From: Eledone cirrhosa
Taxonomy: Eukaryota
Direction: 5' to 3'
Length of the DNA stretch: 64,000 nucleotides
Assembly: GCA_964016885.1 (NCBI GenBank)
Contig: OZ024740.1
Location: forward strand, 337,094,001-337,158,000
Both the position numbers and the translations under genes were made by a program. The stretch's first letter is position 1. Each line of letters begins with the position of its first letter. The notes under the pieces were generated by a model. That model saw only the letters and a list, made by a program, of their open reading frames with translations, made no database searches and had not been told where the DNA came from. This document shows, in pieces, positions 13,060 to 25,785 of the stretch.

Positions 13060-13811
13060 ACAAATAATCCTGTTGTAATGAATAAGTGAATAGATGGAAT
13101 TGTTGGTATGATGGTTTCAATGCAAAGAATAATACCAGGATTGTGTTGTTACAATGTTTATTTTATTATAACAATATTCAATTTGAATATTGAATGATAA
13201 AATCTATAACATGAAATATTCGTACAATAATTTGGAGGATCTTCGAGTCACGTAAATACAAGTATCACAGAATACGATTATAATATAATTTGTATTGTAT
13301 CTGAAAGATACAATGTGACAAACAGAAATGGTGCGTGTGAAATGAAAACAGTGTGAACTTACTATGTGTGCGTGTGTGCGTATTAGTATACTTTCTTGTT
13401 TTAGCAGTAGTAGTAATCACTCAGCCAGGCGTGTAAGGCGTGTGAGAAAATAGTGGACAGACGTTTTTCATGAAGGGAGATTTGATAGCGTAGGTGAAAT
13501 GTCCATTCTTGTCTGTGGTATCACTTTTTCTGCCGGGGCGTAAACAACCCTTGTATTTATAAGGGTTGAAGTTATAAGGATAGATATATCCTCTGACCTT
13601 TGGTTAGAATCTCCCAAGGGGTTGGTCTGCTGGGCGTAAACAACTTAGAAGGATGGATATATCTGACTTCTTTTTTGCCAGGCGTAAACAACATCTGACC
13701 TGTGTTTAGCATCTTCCAAGAGGTTGGTCTGCCGGGCGTAAACAACTAACCACGGCTTGTCCCAGAGGCGGGAAAGCTCAGATTCGGTTTTGAATCTTCG
13801 CTACCGTTATA
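13056..13811 (-). mobile_element. probable solo LTR inserted in (TA)n
   Basis: Termini TGTAAC...GTTATA; minus-strand TATAAATA (~13555-13562) and AATAAA (~13157); internal repeats ggcgtaaacaac x4. Confidence 0.55.
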
Positions 13812-13820
13812 TATGTATAT

Positions 13821-13963
13821 AAGTAGTACCACAATAGTTAGTTCACCATACCGAGAACATTTGTTCTCGGTATGGTGAACTAACTGTTGTGGTACTACTT
13901 CTACCAAACTCGTCCCATGGACTGAGTGCTCTACTACTACGGATATAACCCACCAGTGTTCTA

Positions 13964-13967
<4 letters not shown>
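13821..13967 (+). mobile_element. palindromic fragment of a hammerhead-bearing (Penelope-like pLTR-type) repeat
   Basis: 80-bp hairpin 13821-13900 centred on gagaacatttgttctc; homologous in reverse to 52500-52715. Confidence 0.65.
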
Positions 13968-13996
<29 letters not shown>

Positions 13997-14001
<5 letters not shown>

Positions 14002-15270
14002 GAGAAGAATATGGAAGCTGAAGGACCCCACAGCCAGTAACAAATTTAAGGGCATATTACTTGGTGCTTTTGATAGTAAGGAAGAGCAATTAGAGATGTA
14101 CAATATAGAGGAACAGTGTGAATTCCTGAAAGATAACCTGCTGAAGGCAACGGATGAAATCTGTGGTTGGAGCAGACCTTTAGGCAGGAGGAGAGTAACA
14201 TGGTGGTGGAACAGTAAGGTGGAGGAGACAATCAAGGCCAAAAAGCAGGCTTCGAAAGAATGGCGAGATGGGGGTAGTAGAGAGCACTATCAAGTGGCTA
14301 GGAGAGAAGCTAGGCGACAAGTGTACTTTGCAAGAAGGGAAGCAGAGGATAGAAAGTTCAAGAATATTCTACAATGCGAGGACCAAAAACGCGAGGTGTT
14401 CAGGATTGCAAGACAATGCGTCAAGGAAAATTGTGATATTGTTGGGGAGAAGAGTATCGTAATGATGATGGTATACTTGCCCTCACTGATACTGATAAGA
14501 AGGTAGCTTGGAAGTGTCACTATGAGAGACAACTAAATGAGGAGAATGAAAGGGATAAAGATAGTCTGCCCCAACAGAGGGACCAGCTGTGCAAGTTAAT
14601 GGTAGTATAGTAAGTAAAGCAATCAAAGATATGAAGACAGGCAAGGCAGCTGGGCCTTCGGAGATAGTTGCTGAAATGCTGAAAGCATCTGGAATGGTGG
14701 GACATACTATGGTAACCTGGATAGCAAACCAAGAAATACAGAATGACCAAATGACTGGTGTAGCAACATCATCGTTAACTGCTACAAGGGCAAAGAGACA
14801 CCATAGATAGAGGAAAGTATAGAGGCATTAAGTTAGTTGACCAGGTCATGAAGGTCACAGAAAGAGTTATTGCACAACTGATTAGAGACCGAATAGATGA
14901 AATGCAGTTTGGGTTTGTGCCTGGTAAAAGTACCTCAGATGCTCTCTCTTCCTTGTATGGCAACTACAGGAGAAGTACCTAGCTAAAAGTAAACCCCTCT
15001 ACTTAGCTTTTGTTGACTTGGAGAAAGCCTTTGACAGAGTTCCCCCGTTCTATTATCTGGTGGGCTCTTAGAAAACTAGGAGTAGATGAGTGGCTTGTGA
15101 GAGCTATACAAGCCATGTATAGAGGAACAGTCAGCAAGGTTAGAATTAACAAAGAATATAGTGAAGAATTAAGCATAAAACTAGGTGTTCATCAAGTTTC
15201 TGTCCTTACCCCCACTCCCCTGTTTATTATTGCCCTACAGGCTATAACAGAAGAGTTTAAGACTGGCTTC
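13997..15270 (+). pseudogene. RTE LINE ORF2 fragment (linker plus N-terminal RT), frameshifted
   Basis: RRIWKLKD...TWWWNSKVEE, YRGIKLVDQVMKVTERVI, DEMQFGFVPGK, FVDLEKAFDRVP; homologous to 57841-60205; starts at a (TA)n tract. Confidence 0.9.
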
Positions 15271-15271
15271 C

Positions 15272-15451
15272 CACACCTACATGACCACTTTACAGTGTGG
15301 ACTTGGTGCTTTTTGTCGTGACACCTACACGACCACTTTACAGTGTGGACTGAGCGCTTTTTAATGTGGCACTTACACGACCACTTTACATTGAGTACTG
15401 GGTGCTTTTATTTGTGACACCTACATGATCACTTTACAGTGTGGGCTGGGT
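15272..15451 (-). repeat. ~44-bp tandem array derived from the RTE 3' UTR
   Basis: cacctacacgaccactttacagtgtgg...ggtgcttttt x4, antisense to the adjacent RTE fragment. Confidence 0.8.
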
Positions 15452-15973
15452 AACATACAAAACAAAGGGCTGCAAAGACTCTTTAGCTATGTCAAAGACA
15501 TAACAACTTCCGTAGTGTTGGTACATACTACATACTACAAAATAAAGTGTATTTTGTAGTATGTCGGGCTCGAAGGCACACCTGGAGTTTAGTGGTCCCA
15601 CTTAAGTACTGACTGCACTGTGACAACACATCCAGCCCTTGCTAGCAGAGAAAAACAGATATCCATCTTTTTCTGTCTCCAAGGGTACGTTACCCAATTT
15701 TCTGAATTATTATTTATAACGATCAAAGCATAGGGTTACGGCCCTTTATGATCTGAGTTTGAATTCCACTGAGGTTAACTTTGCCTTTCATCCTTACTGG
15801 GTCGATAAAATAAAGTACCAGTCATGCACTGGGGTAATTGCTGGCCTTGTGCCAAAAGAAGAAACAATTATTATGGTCATTAAGTTGTGACAAACATTTC
15901 AAATTTTATACACACTCACAAATACACACACACATATATATATACACACACACATCTCTCTCTCTCTCTCTGT

Positions 15974-16655
15974 ATCATCATCATCATCATCATCAACGTT
16001 TAACGTCCGTGTTCCACGCTTGCATGGGTTTGGACGGGGGTAGTCCCACTTGAGGCAAGAGTGATTGTCTTGCTCGCATAGGACTGTCTGGCAGGTTTTC
16101 TACAGTTGGATGCCCTTCCTAACACCAACCACATTTACAGTGTGGGGCTGGGAGGTTTTTACCGTGTTACCTACATGGCCACATTACAGCGTGGACTGTG
16201 TGTTTTTTTGTCGTGACACCTACACGATCTCATTTGTTTCGGCCTGGATGGCGCGGCACCAACATAACTTTACATAGAACGGGGTGGTGTGGATGGGGTG
16301 GGGGTGGTGGTGGTGGGACGGGGTGTATTTTGTTAGAGATGCCTACTGGCTGGAGTAGGTTTTACTATATATTTAGGTAAGGCAGGTCTTCTCTGTTACT
16401 GAGTACCGCCAAAGGTCTCGGTCCAGTGACATTGTCTTGGAGAGGTGTAAGTGTGTGATGTCGGAGTTTATCAGCTCGTCCCAGGTTTTTCTAGGTCTGC
16501 CTATTCCGTGACTACCGTCTATCTTTATTGCCCTGCACTTTGTTATACAGCTATCGGCTTTCATGCGCATCACGTGTCCATACCAACGTAGCCTTCTCTC
16601 GAGTAAACAACATCTGATCCCTCTTATCTCTAATTTTTTCCTTAGTTCGTTTAAG
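15974..16655 (-). mobile_element. RTE LINE 3' fragment with UTR and (GAT)n tail
   Basis: RMKADSCITKCRAIKIDGSHGIGRPRKTWDELI..., homologous to the other RTE copies. Confidence 0.9.
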
Positions 16656-16914
16656 TCATCTCACTCTCTGTTTCTCTCTCTCTCTCTATATATATATATA
16701 TTTCCTGTCATTTGTACATTATTCTATGTACTATACATTCACCTTTGATAAGTTGTAGTGCACCTGAGCACTGTATATATTATTATTATAATTATTAAGG
16801 ATGAAAAGTTAACTTTGCCTTTCATCCTTACAGGGTCGATAAAATAAAGTACCAGTAATGTACTGAGTAATTGTTGCTGGCCTTGTGCCAAAAGTAGAAA
16901 CAATTATTATTATT

Positions 16915-17250
16915 ATGGAGGCACATGGCTTAGTGGTTAGAGCATTGGCCTTGCAATCGAAAGGTTGTGAGTTCAATTCTCAGACTGGGTGATGTGTTGT
17001 TTCCTTGAGCAAGACACTTTATTTCCCATTGCTCCAGTTTACTCAGCTGTAGAAATGAGATGATAGGACTGGGGTCCCTATCATTCCACTGCAAAGTGGT
17101 TGTGGAAGTGCCATGCCAAAAAAGCACCCAGCACTCACTGTAAATGAGGTTGGTGTTAGGAAGGGCATCCAGCTGTAGAAATCAAGCCAGAACCAGTTCC
17201 TGTCCCACCCTTGCAAGCAGGGAAAAGCGGACATAAAATGATGATGATGA
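16915..17250 (+). mobile_element. family B SINE
   Basis: Near-identical to 8725-9080. Confidence 0.85.
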
Positions 17251-17256
17251 TATATA

Positions 17257-17295
<39 letters not shown>

Positions 17296-17377
17296 ATAAT
17301 AATAAATTTGAAGACTAAAATCCAAAGAGAGCTCGATAAGGATAAATATATATCAAATATATAAGAACCGTAGAACA

Positions 17378-18985
17378 AATATTTATAAAAATAACAGATT
17401 AAAGTTTAAGCAAAGAATCGCTGCTTTCACCCTTAACGGGATCTTCTGAAACTAACAAAGTCAATCTGTGAACGCAGAAGTGAATATTTCAAAAAACGTT
17501 GCAACCGGAGGAAGACAGGAAGACAATATTTTGGTTCGTGGAAACATTCCCTGGCAAAGAACGGGAAAAAACGAATATAATTCGTCATTATTTGGAACGG
17601 TGAAAAACAATTACACGCAAAGACAAAACCACGTTTATGGTATAAAAGAAGTCGTAGACTAATATTCTATTAGGTGGTTCATAGAGATGTTCTCTGGTAA
17701 TGAACGGAAAAAACGAAGATAATACGTCATATGTGGAGCATGGAGAACAATTGCACGCAAAGACAAAAACCACGTAAATGGTATAACTGAAGCCGTAGAC
17801 TAAAATTCTAACTAGGAAACCGAATGATTCTCGGCTTCAGAGTTAAGAATAAAGTAAATAAAATACAGAGGTAATTGAAATTAAATAAATACATACACGC
17901 ATCCATATACGTACATACACAAGCATACGCGAAAACACTCGCCATAGGTATACAAATACACGCACGTTCACAAAAAAAAAACCCAAAAGACCCGCACGCA
18001 TACGAATGTATACACCAAATACACATAAAAATATATATAAAAAAAAAAAAATATATATATATATATATGTGTGTGTGTATACATATAATTAAATAAACGT
18101 ATAAAAATAAATAAATACGTATATAACAAGCGCACACACATACCTACATGTAAATACACATATGTTCGGAGACGTACATCAACCAAAACACGAAGTACAC
18201 ATATACACACACCCTACATACGTACAAACCTGCATACTCACACAGACGCAAAACTCACGTATACACATAACCAAAAGCATATGTACCAGAACATATAATA
18301 TATACGCCATAACATATACAATCAAATATACGTACAAGAAAGTATACGTACCTTCACAAAACATACCTATACAAATAAGTAATGGTATAAACATAACATA
18401 TACTTAGCTACCACATCAAGACGTAAAATATCCGCGTATAGTTCGTACTATCAGTTAGGGTATAATGTGGGGCTGTAATACAGGAAAATTTTGTGCAATT
18501 TATGTTTACAAGCCGAAATTGCCTCAGATTTAACTCTGAAGCCAAGAATCATTCGGTTTCCTAGTTAGAATTTTAGTCTACAACTTCAGTTATACCATTT
18601 ACGTGGTTTTGTCTTTGCGTGCAATTGTTCTCCCCGCTCCACATATCTTCATTTTTTCTGTTCATTGCCAGAGAACGTCTCTATGAACCACCTAATAGAA
18701 TATTAGTCTACGACTTCTTTTATACCATAAACGTGGTTTTGTCTTTGCGTGTACTTGTTTTTCACCGCTCCAAATAATGACGTATTATATTCGTTTTTTC
18801 CCGTTCTTTGCCAGGGAATGTTTCCATGAATCAAAGTATCATCTTCTTGTCTTCCTCCGGTTGCAACTTTTTTGAAATATTCACTTCTGCGTTCACAGAT
18901 TGACTTTGTTAGTTTCAGAAGATCCCGTTAAGGGTGAAAGCAGCGATTCTTTGCTTAAACTTTAATCTGTTATTTTAATAAATAT
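17378..18985. repeat. long inverted repeat (arms ~17378-17835 and ~18531-18985)
   Basis: ~455-bp arms with scattered mismatches and an internal ~120-bp duplication; a third partial copy at 44345-44552. Confidence 0.9.
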
Positions 18986-19053
18986 ATATCATCATTGTTT
19001 TAACATACGCTTTCCCTGCTAATATATACACACACACACACACTTATACATAC

Positions 19054-19096
<43 letters not shown>

Positions 19097-19152
19097 CATA
19101 TGCATACATGTATATATGTACACACACAAACAAACAGCTACATATCTACACA

Positions 19153-19215
<63 letters not shown>

Positions 19216-19837
19216 ATGCCTGTGACTATGTCTGCACCTATATTTATGCCTACCAGTGAAAAATTTGATGTGGCGACAAAAGGCATAACTTAGCTATTCG
19301 ATAAAATATAGATCAATAAGATAAATACCAGACAGAATTAAGTACTGTGGTCGATATGATCAGCTAAAACCCCTTGAAGGCAGTCCTTCACCATGGCCAC
19401 AGTCCAATGATTAAAACCAGTAAAAGAGTAAAACAAAAGTAAGAAGAACTATAATAGTGATAAAAAAAATACTGGATTTCTCTTTTTCTTTTTTTTACTG
19501 TTTTATGCCAATATTTTGCTTTTTTTTTAAAGCAAATTACTAGAATAATAAGTATGTAGCTTCTGGCTTCATTCAACATGTCATATAACGAAGAATCTGT
19601 AGTTCATATTAAAACAAAATTAGATACCTTCCTCCCTCACATGAATGAAATGCAATAGAAATAGAAATGCTTTTAGACACTTAGCTACATAGCAACAGAA
19701 TTTGTTTCAAATATTAGTGGCTATAATAATTATTTCTAATATAGTCACCAATACATACATTTTTCGAGGACAGGAATAGTCCATGATATGATATCAACAC
19801 AAATACTTTACCAGTACTTTATTTTATCAACATTGGA

Positions 19838-20418
19838 ACCCAGCCCACACAGTAAAGTGGTTGTGTAGGTGTCACGATAAAAAACACCCAGCCCACACTG
19901 TAAAGTGGTTGTGTAGGTGTCATGACAAAAAGCATCCAGCCCACACTTTTAAAGTGGTTGTGTAGGTGTCACGATAAAAAAACACCCAGTCCACACTGTA
20001 AGTGGTTGTTTAGGTGTCATGACAAAAAGCATCCAGTCCACACTGTAAATTGGTTGTGCAGGTATCACGACAAAAAGCACCCAGTCCACACTGTAAAGTA
20101 GTCATGTAGGTGTCACGACAAAAAACACCCAGCCCACACTGTAAAGTAGTTGTGTAGGTGTGACAGTAAAAAGCACCCAGCCTACACTGTAAAGTAGTTG
20201 TGTAGGTGTGACAGTAAAAAGCACCCAGCCTACACTGTAAAGTGGCCGTGTAGGTGTCATGATAAAAAGCACCCAGCTTACACTGTAAAGTTATGTTGGT
20301 TTCATGACAAAAAGCGCCCAGTTCACACTGTAAAGTAGTCATATAGGTGTCACAGTAAAAAGCACCCAGCCCACACTGTAAAGTGGTTGTGAAGGTGTCA
20401 CAGTAAAAAGCACCCACC
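19838..20418 (+). repeat. ~44-bp tandem array (about 13 units) derived from the RTE 3' UTR
   Basis: Unit aaaagcacccagcccacactgtaaagtggttgtgtaggtgtcacgac; same motif present about twice in the UTR of the RTE at 57700-57790. Confidence 0.9.
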
Positions 20419-20419
20419 C

Positions 20420-21015
20420 AGGGAGGTGTATGGAAGGGGGAGAGAAGTGGTGCATATTAGAAATGAGGAGATGTTTGCTTCATCCCATGCACATGGGAAG
20501 GCAGGTCTTATGAAGTACTGTGACATTACTTTTGAGAGGTACAATGGTGCGAGGTCAGTTTTTATCACCTCATCCCAAGTCTTCCTAGGTCTTCCTACTC
20601 AATAGCATCCATCAACTTTGAGGGCCCTGTACCTTTTTATACAGCTGTCATCCTTCATATGCATTTCATGTCTATACTACTGTCAACTTTCCTGCACACT
20701 CCATCTGATCCCTCTTACACCCAGTTTCTCCCTCATTTCATTTACACTTTGCCATTCATGTATATTACTATAACACATGCATTGGAGCATGCAAGCTTCA
20801 TTTCTTTCCACTCTTCATAGGTCCTCTGCACACAGTGCCCAGATCTCACTACCATACAGCATTGCTGTTCATACCCATGCATCATACAATCTGCACTTCA
20901 TTTTGAGGGAAAAGCCTTTTTTGTAGCTTTCTGAACTTTCTTCATCCCATTCTCACTCTGGCTAGTGTATTTCCAGAACACTAATCTCCACTGCTAATTT
21001 GGCCACCCAGGAAAC
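20420..21015 (-). pseudogene. decayed RTE LINE 3' ORF2 fragment
   Basis: Minus-strand homology to LYDA..TAML.GSE.WAL and MKDDSCIK...GRPRKTWDEVIK. Confidence 0.8.
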
Positions 21016-21627
21016 AATTTTCCACCATAATTTTATATAAAACTCTTTAAGTTATGTTCTAAACACCAGTTTAATGATGAGAACATCAAATTCTTGATTA
21101 TTTAAAAAATTATTTGAAAATTATAGGTGTTTTTTTTTAAAATTAAAAATATAGTAATGAAAGAGTTCAAGATTGGTAGACTGTTGAGATAATTACCAAT
21201 TATTTTAACATACACCATCAGGACCAGACATATGAAAATGGAAATGTGGAAAGAAACTTCATATTGAGTAGCAGGAATGAGAGAAAAACATTTTTTAGCT
21301 ACATTAAAATCAAACAGAACATTACACTATATACAATAATTCTTCAGTTGACAAATTTAAGTAGTTACTTGACAGACCTTGTTTATAGTAAAAACTGTGA
21401 AACTAATTGTAATGAAATATGTCTGTTAGCTGTTAATTAGTTGATGTCACTGTTGTGTTATGGTATCTGTGAATGATGAAAATGAAATGTGAGTGAAACC
21501 TACTTTTCTATAGCATTGATCAAAGGAGAATTTCTGTAGATTAATAAATTGCAGAACATTTCATGGCAAATAAAGCTATCAATGAAATTACATAATGAGA
21601 AATTTTATAAAAAACAAGTTTCTTTAT

Positions 21628-22102
21628 TAATCCTTTTGATACTAAACTGCCTGTAGACACTCCTGGTTCTATGATTCAAAACTGTTTATCTAAAAACTTT
21701 TGATCATAATTTTATGCAAAAATCCTTGTTATGTTATGTTTCAAACATCAACTTAATAGTTTTTAAATAGGCCAGGACCAGGAAATTTAAAGGAAGAGAA
21801 AAACTGATCAAATCGACTCCAGTATTTGACTGGTACTTTATTTTATAGACCCGAAAGAATGAAAAGTAAAGTTGACTTTGGTGGGATTTGAACTCAGTAT
21901 GTAGAAAGTCAAAACTAAATACTTGCAAAGCATTTTGTCCCATGCTCTACTGACACTACCAATCCACTGCCCTTAACCATCAACTTCATAATGAGAAAGT
22001 TAGTTTCATTACTAAATCACACATAATTCTTGATTATTTTCAAAATTATTTGAAAAACATAGACAATGTTTTTCATTAGAAATATGGATAATGAAAGGTT
22101 TA
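21628..22102. mobile_element. piggyBac-like MITE with a SINE insertion
   Basis: ttaatcctttt...aaaggtttaa termini; homologous to 1179-1611; family A-like SINE at ~21780-21975 (-). Confidence 0.5.
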
Positions 22103-23052
22103 AAAAACACCTCTTAATTCAATATTTAAAATTTTTTTACCTCGTTAAAACATCCATGAAAGGTGTGAGCTTTAATGATGATGGCAATTGAATATTATCG
22201 CTAATTAATTTTGTTTCTCTTTATATCATTGTCATCATCATCATCATTACCACTACCACCACCACCACCACCGCCATCAACATCATTTTACAACTGTTTT
22301 CTCCTGTAAAAAGATAAAAATACTCTAGCTTATGGTAACATATCATTTCCCTCAGCTTAGCAAATATTGTCTACATAAATGTAACACAAGAAACACTTTC
22401 TTTTAAATCTATGTCAGAAATTTATGAAGCAAATGGTGGTAAGAGAGACATTTAATAATTAAAATGATATTTAAGTGTTTAGTTTTGAAAGGAAAGATAT
22501 TTAAATGTGATCAGATATTGATTTGTTATCAACATAATAATCTCATGTCGCTGGTTATCTTTTCTTTTTGTTTTTATGTTTGTTTTTCTATGTTGGCATG
22601 AGTTGGATGCACATTTTTTGAGGCAGTATTCTATCACTGGATGCCCTTCCTCATGCTAGTCTATAATTTATTACTTTTATGTATGGTATATACCACCTAG
22701 TTTTGTCAAACTACTAAGTTTGCTTAAATGGTGTGGAGACATATAAGGGGACAAATAGGCACACATACACATGCATACACTCACAAATACATACATACAT
22801 GCATGCATACACTCACACATATACATGCATACACTCACACATACATACACACATTCATACATACATATATACATTCACACCCATACATACATATATACAA
22901 ATTTAATGTTAAGAACAGAAGTACATATATTAAAATATTGATTGATACATAAAATTATCAATTATATTGGAATGACCATAAATAAGGGAGACACACCCTG
23001 ACCTGCCTGGGAGATCAGTGGCTCTGCTTCAGTACTGACTTAGTTTATTTAG

Positions 23053-23092
23053 ACCCATCCAACCCTTGCTAGCAGTGAAAGCAGACGTTAAA

Positions 23093-23148
<56 letters not shown>

Positions 23149-23395
23149 CATGATCATCACCACCGTTTTACGTCAATGTTTCCACACTAGCATGGGTTAG
23201 ACGGGTTGTCCTGTTGTGGGCAATGCCAGGTCAAGTCACCATGTCTTGCTCATACAGGACTGATTTTGGCTCAGTTTCTACAGCTGGATGCCCTTCCTAA
23301 CACCAACCTCATTTACAGTGAGTGCTGGGTGCTTTTTTCCTGTGGCGCCTACACGTCCACTCTACAGTGTGACTGGGTGCTTTTTGTCGTGAAAC
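23053..23395. mobile_element. two RTE/SINE 3' tails in tail-to-tail orientation around (GAT)n
   Basis: Plus tail cccttgctagc...gacgttaaaatgatgat, then a minus-strand UTR at 23150-23395. Confidence 0.7.
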
Positions 23396-23679
23396 CTAGA
23401 AGCTTTATATGATATATGAATCCCCTTAACAGAAACATTAGACATCAGCATGTGTAGGAATTGAAACCACACCTCTTATTGTCTGGATAAATGTCTTAGA
23501 CCAATTGCACCAACCTGTCCACCCAATTTTTCCCATGCGAAAGATACCGGGATTGTTGCCTGGATTTTTCAATGAAATTTGTTGGTAACTTTTCAAGAAT
23601 TTTTTGTTGTAGTGCATCTGAGCACCGTACACAATATTTTCATTATTATTTTTTTGTATAATAATAGTATATATATAAA

Positions 23680-23986
23680 TAAGCATGTGCATTTTAGAAT
23701 AAGGCAGTGATTGAAATTTTGAAAATAGATTTAGAAATTTCACCGTATTTTGACTCCAGAAAATAGTTTAATAACAGGGCATGTGAACCCCCATAGTGAG
23801 AACCCACCCCTCTTATTATCCGGATAAGTATGCTAGATTGATTACACTAACCTGCACACCTGAATTTTTTTATGGAGTTTATTTGCTCTGTTATTAGACT
23901 ATTTTCTGTAGTCAAAATACGGTGAGAGATTCTCATTCTATTTTCAAATTTTCAATGGCCACTGTGTTCTGAAATACATGTACTTG
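23680..23986. mobile_element. MITE-like fold-back element with ~100-bp imperfect TIRs
   Basis: ttgaaattttgaaaataga...caccgtattttgact (23711-23755) mirrored by agtcaaaatacggtg...tctattttcaaattttcaa (23910-23955). Confidence 0.65.
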
Positions 23987-24486
23987 TTTGCATAGCTTCT
24001 AAATTTAATGTTGAAAAATCAGGTGGGCAGTATATCAGCAACCAAATCTATACTATCTAGCATGGGGCGATGGACGTCATCGTGATGTATGGATATATAC
24101 ATATATGGATATATATATATATATGGATATATACATATATGGATATATACATATATGGATATATATATATGGATATATACATATCATCATCATCATCGTT
24201 TAACGTCCGTGTTCCACGCTTGCATGGGTTTGGACGGGGGTTTTCGCACTTGAGGCAAGAGTGATTGTCTTGCTCGCATAGGACTGTCTGGCATATATGG
24301 ATATATATATATATATATATGGATATATATATATATGGATATATACATATATGGATATATATATATATATGGATATATACATATATGGATATATATATAT
24401 ATGGATATATATATATATGGATATATATATATATGGATATATATATATATGGATATATATATATATGGATATATATATATATATAT

Positions 24487-24537
<51 letters not shown>

Positions 24538-24703
24538 TCGTTGTTGAAACCGATATTGTAATACTTTGGGAGGGTCATGTTGCCAATAAGAAACATATGC
24601 ACCAGTTGCTTTCACTTCAATTTATTATAATAAATTTATAAATTTAGGAATTTATAAATTTCCGGTTGGTTGGTTGGTTCCACAACCAGATGGTTGTTTA
24701 TAT

Positions 24704-24943
24704 ATTGTAGTATATAGCATAAGATGTACTGAAGGACAATGTAGAGATAAAAATATAGTGTACATAGGTGAGACAGCTCGTAGTATAGGGGAACGGATAA
24801 ATGAACACTGGCGAGACCATCAAGATAGTAAAGAATCATCTGTACTCTAGCAACATGCTAAAATAGAACATAAGGGTAAATTAGAGAACATAGAAATAAA
24901 AATAGAATCTACACACAGAAAAGACGCAATGTTTAGACAAATC
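24704..24943 (+). pseudogene. Penelope-like element GIY-YIG endonuclease fragment (not in the ORF track)
   Basis: Translates IVVYSIRCTEGQCRDKNIVYIGETARSIGERINEHWRDHQDSKESSVL*QHAKIEHKGKLENIEIKIESTHRKDAMFRQI, with the VVY...C..C...YIGET.R...R..EH signature. Confidence 0.85.
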
Positions 24944-25760
24944 AGGAATGGACCGGAAGAACTTTCTCAACGGGTTGCGTCCGACAAATAAAGAAGTGAC
25001 CTTTAGCCAGACACGCACATGGTGCCCAGCAAGGGAGATAACCTCTATATTAACGAAAAATTATCGGAAATGTGGAAATACCACATATCGAATCAGAGTG
25101 CTCAATAGACATGTTAAAATAAACAGGAGCTATTCATCATTCAATAGAATCGACAAAAAAATGATCAATAAAATTAACTGGTCAATAGCTATGTCTAGAG
25201 CTAAATATAATAGAATAATCGAGTATCGGAAAATCAGCTCACGAATTAACGATAAACAAATCCGATATGAGTTGCAGAGGGCTCAATAATTTAGATAAAT
25301 CAGAGCTATAACTATCGTTAAATTACCAACACATAAAGATTATGCCTAAAATCACCCATGCAGCCGAAAAAGAACGACCAGGAAGATTCGGGTCACTCAA
25401 ATAAAATATCAATAAATCAATAATTTAAATGAATGTAAAAAACTTACCCGGACCCGCTAGAAAGGTGTTAAATCTAGCTTCTTGGGTTTCTGCAATTCCT
25501 TAATCCGTTCACTATCAGCCCACACAAAAATATATAAGACTTCTAGGGAAGGAATGGACCGGAAGAGCTTTATCAACGGGTTGCGTCCGACAAATAAAGA
25601 AGTGACCTTTAGCCAGACACGCACATGGTGCCCAGCAAGGGAGATAACCTCTATATTAGCGAAAAATTATCGGTAATGTGGAAATACCACATATCGAATC
25701 AGAGTGCTCAAGAGACATGTTAAAATAAACAGGAGCTATTCATCATTCAATAGAATCGAT
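24944..25760. repeat. ~210-bp direct duplication (24944-25153 and 25551-25760) of unassigned TE-like sequence
   Basis: Near-identical aggaatggaccggaag...attcaatagaatcga blocks. Confidence 0.85.
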
Positions 25761-25785
25761 ATATATATATATATATATACACGGG

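Noticed and set aside
19838-20418. CRISPR-like regular array or Cys-repeat protein
   Set aside because: Head-to-tail units with no unique spacers, derived from the RTE 3' UTR, in a eukaryotic context with no cas genes.
24948-25676. Duplicated 113-aa and 64-aa ORFs as a gene pair
   Set aside because: They arise from a local 210-bp duplication; no recognisable domain, and the second copy has an early stop.
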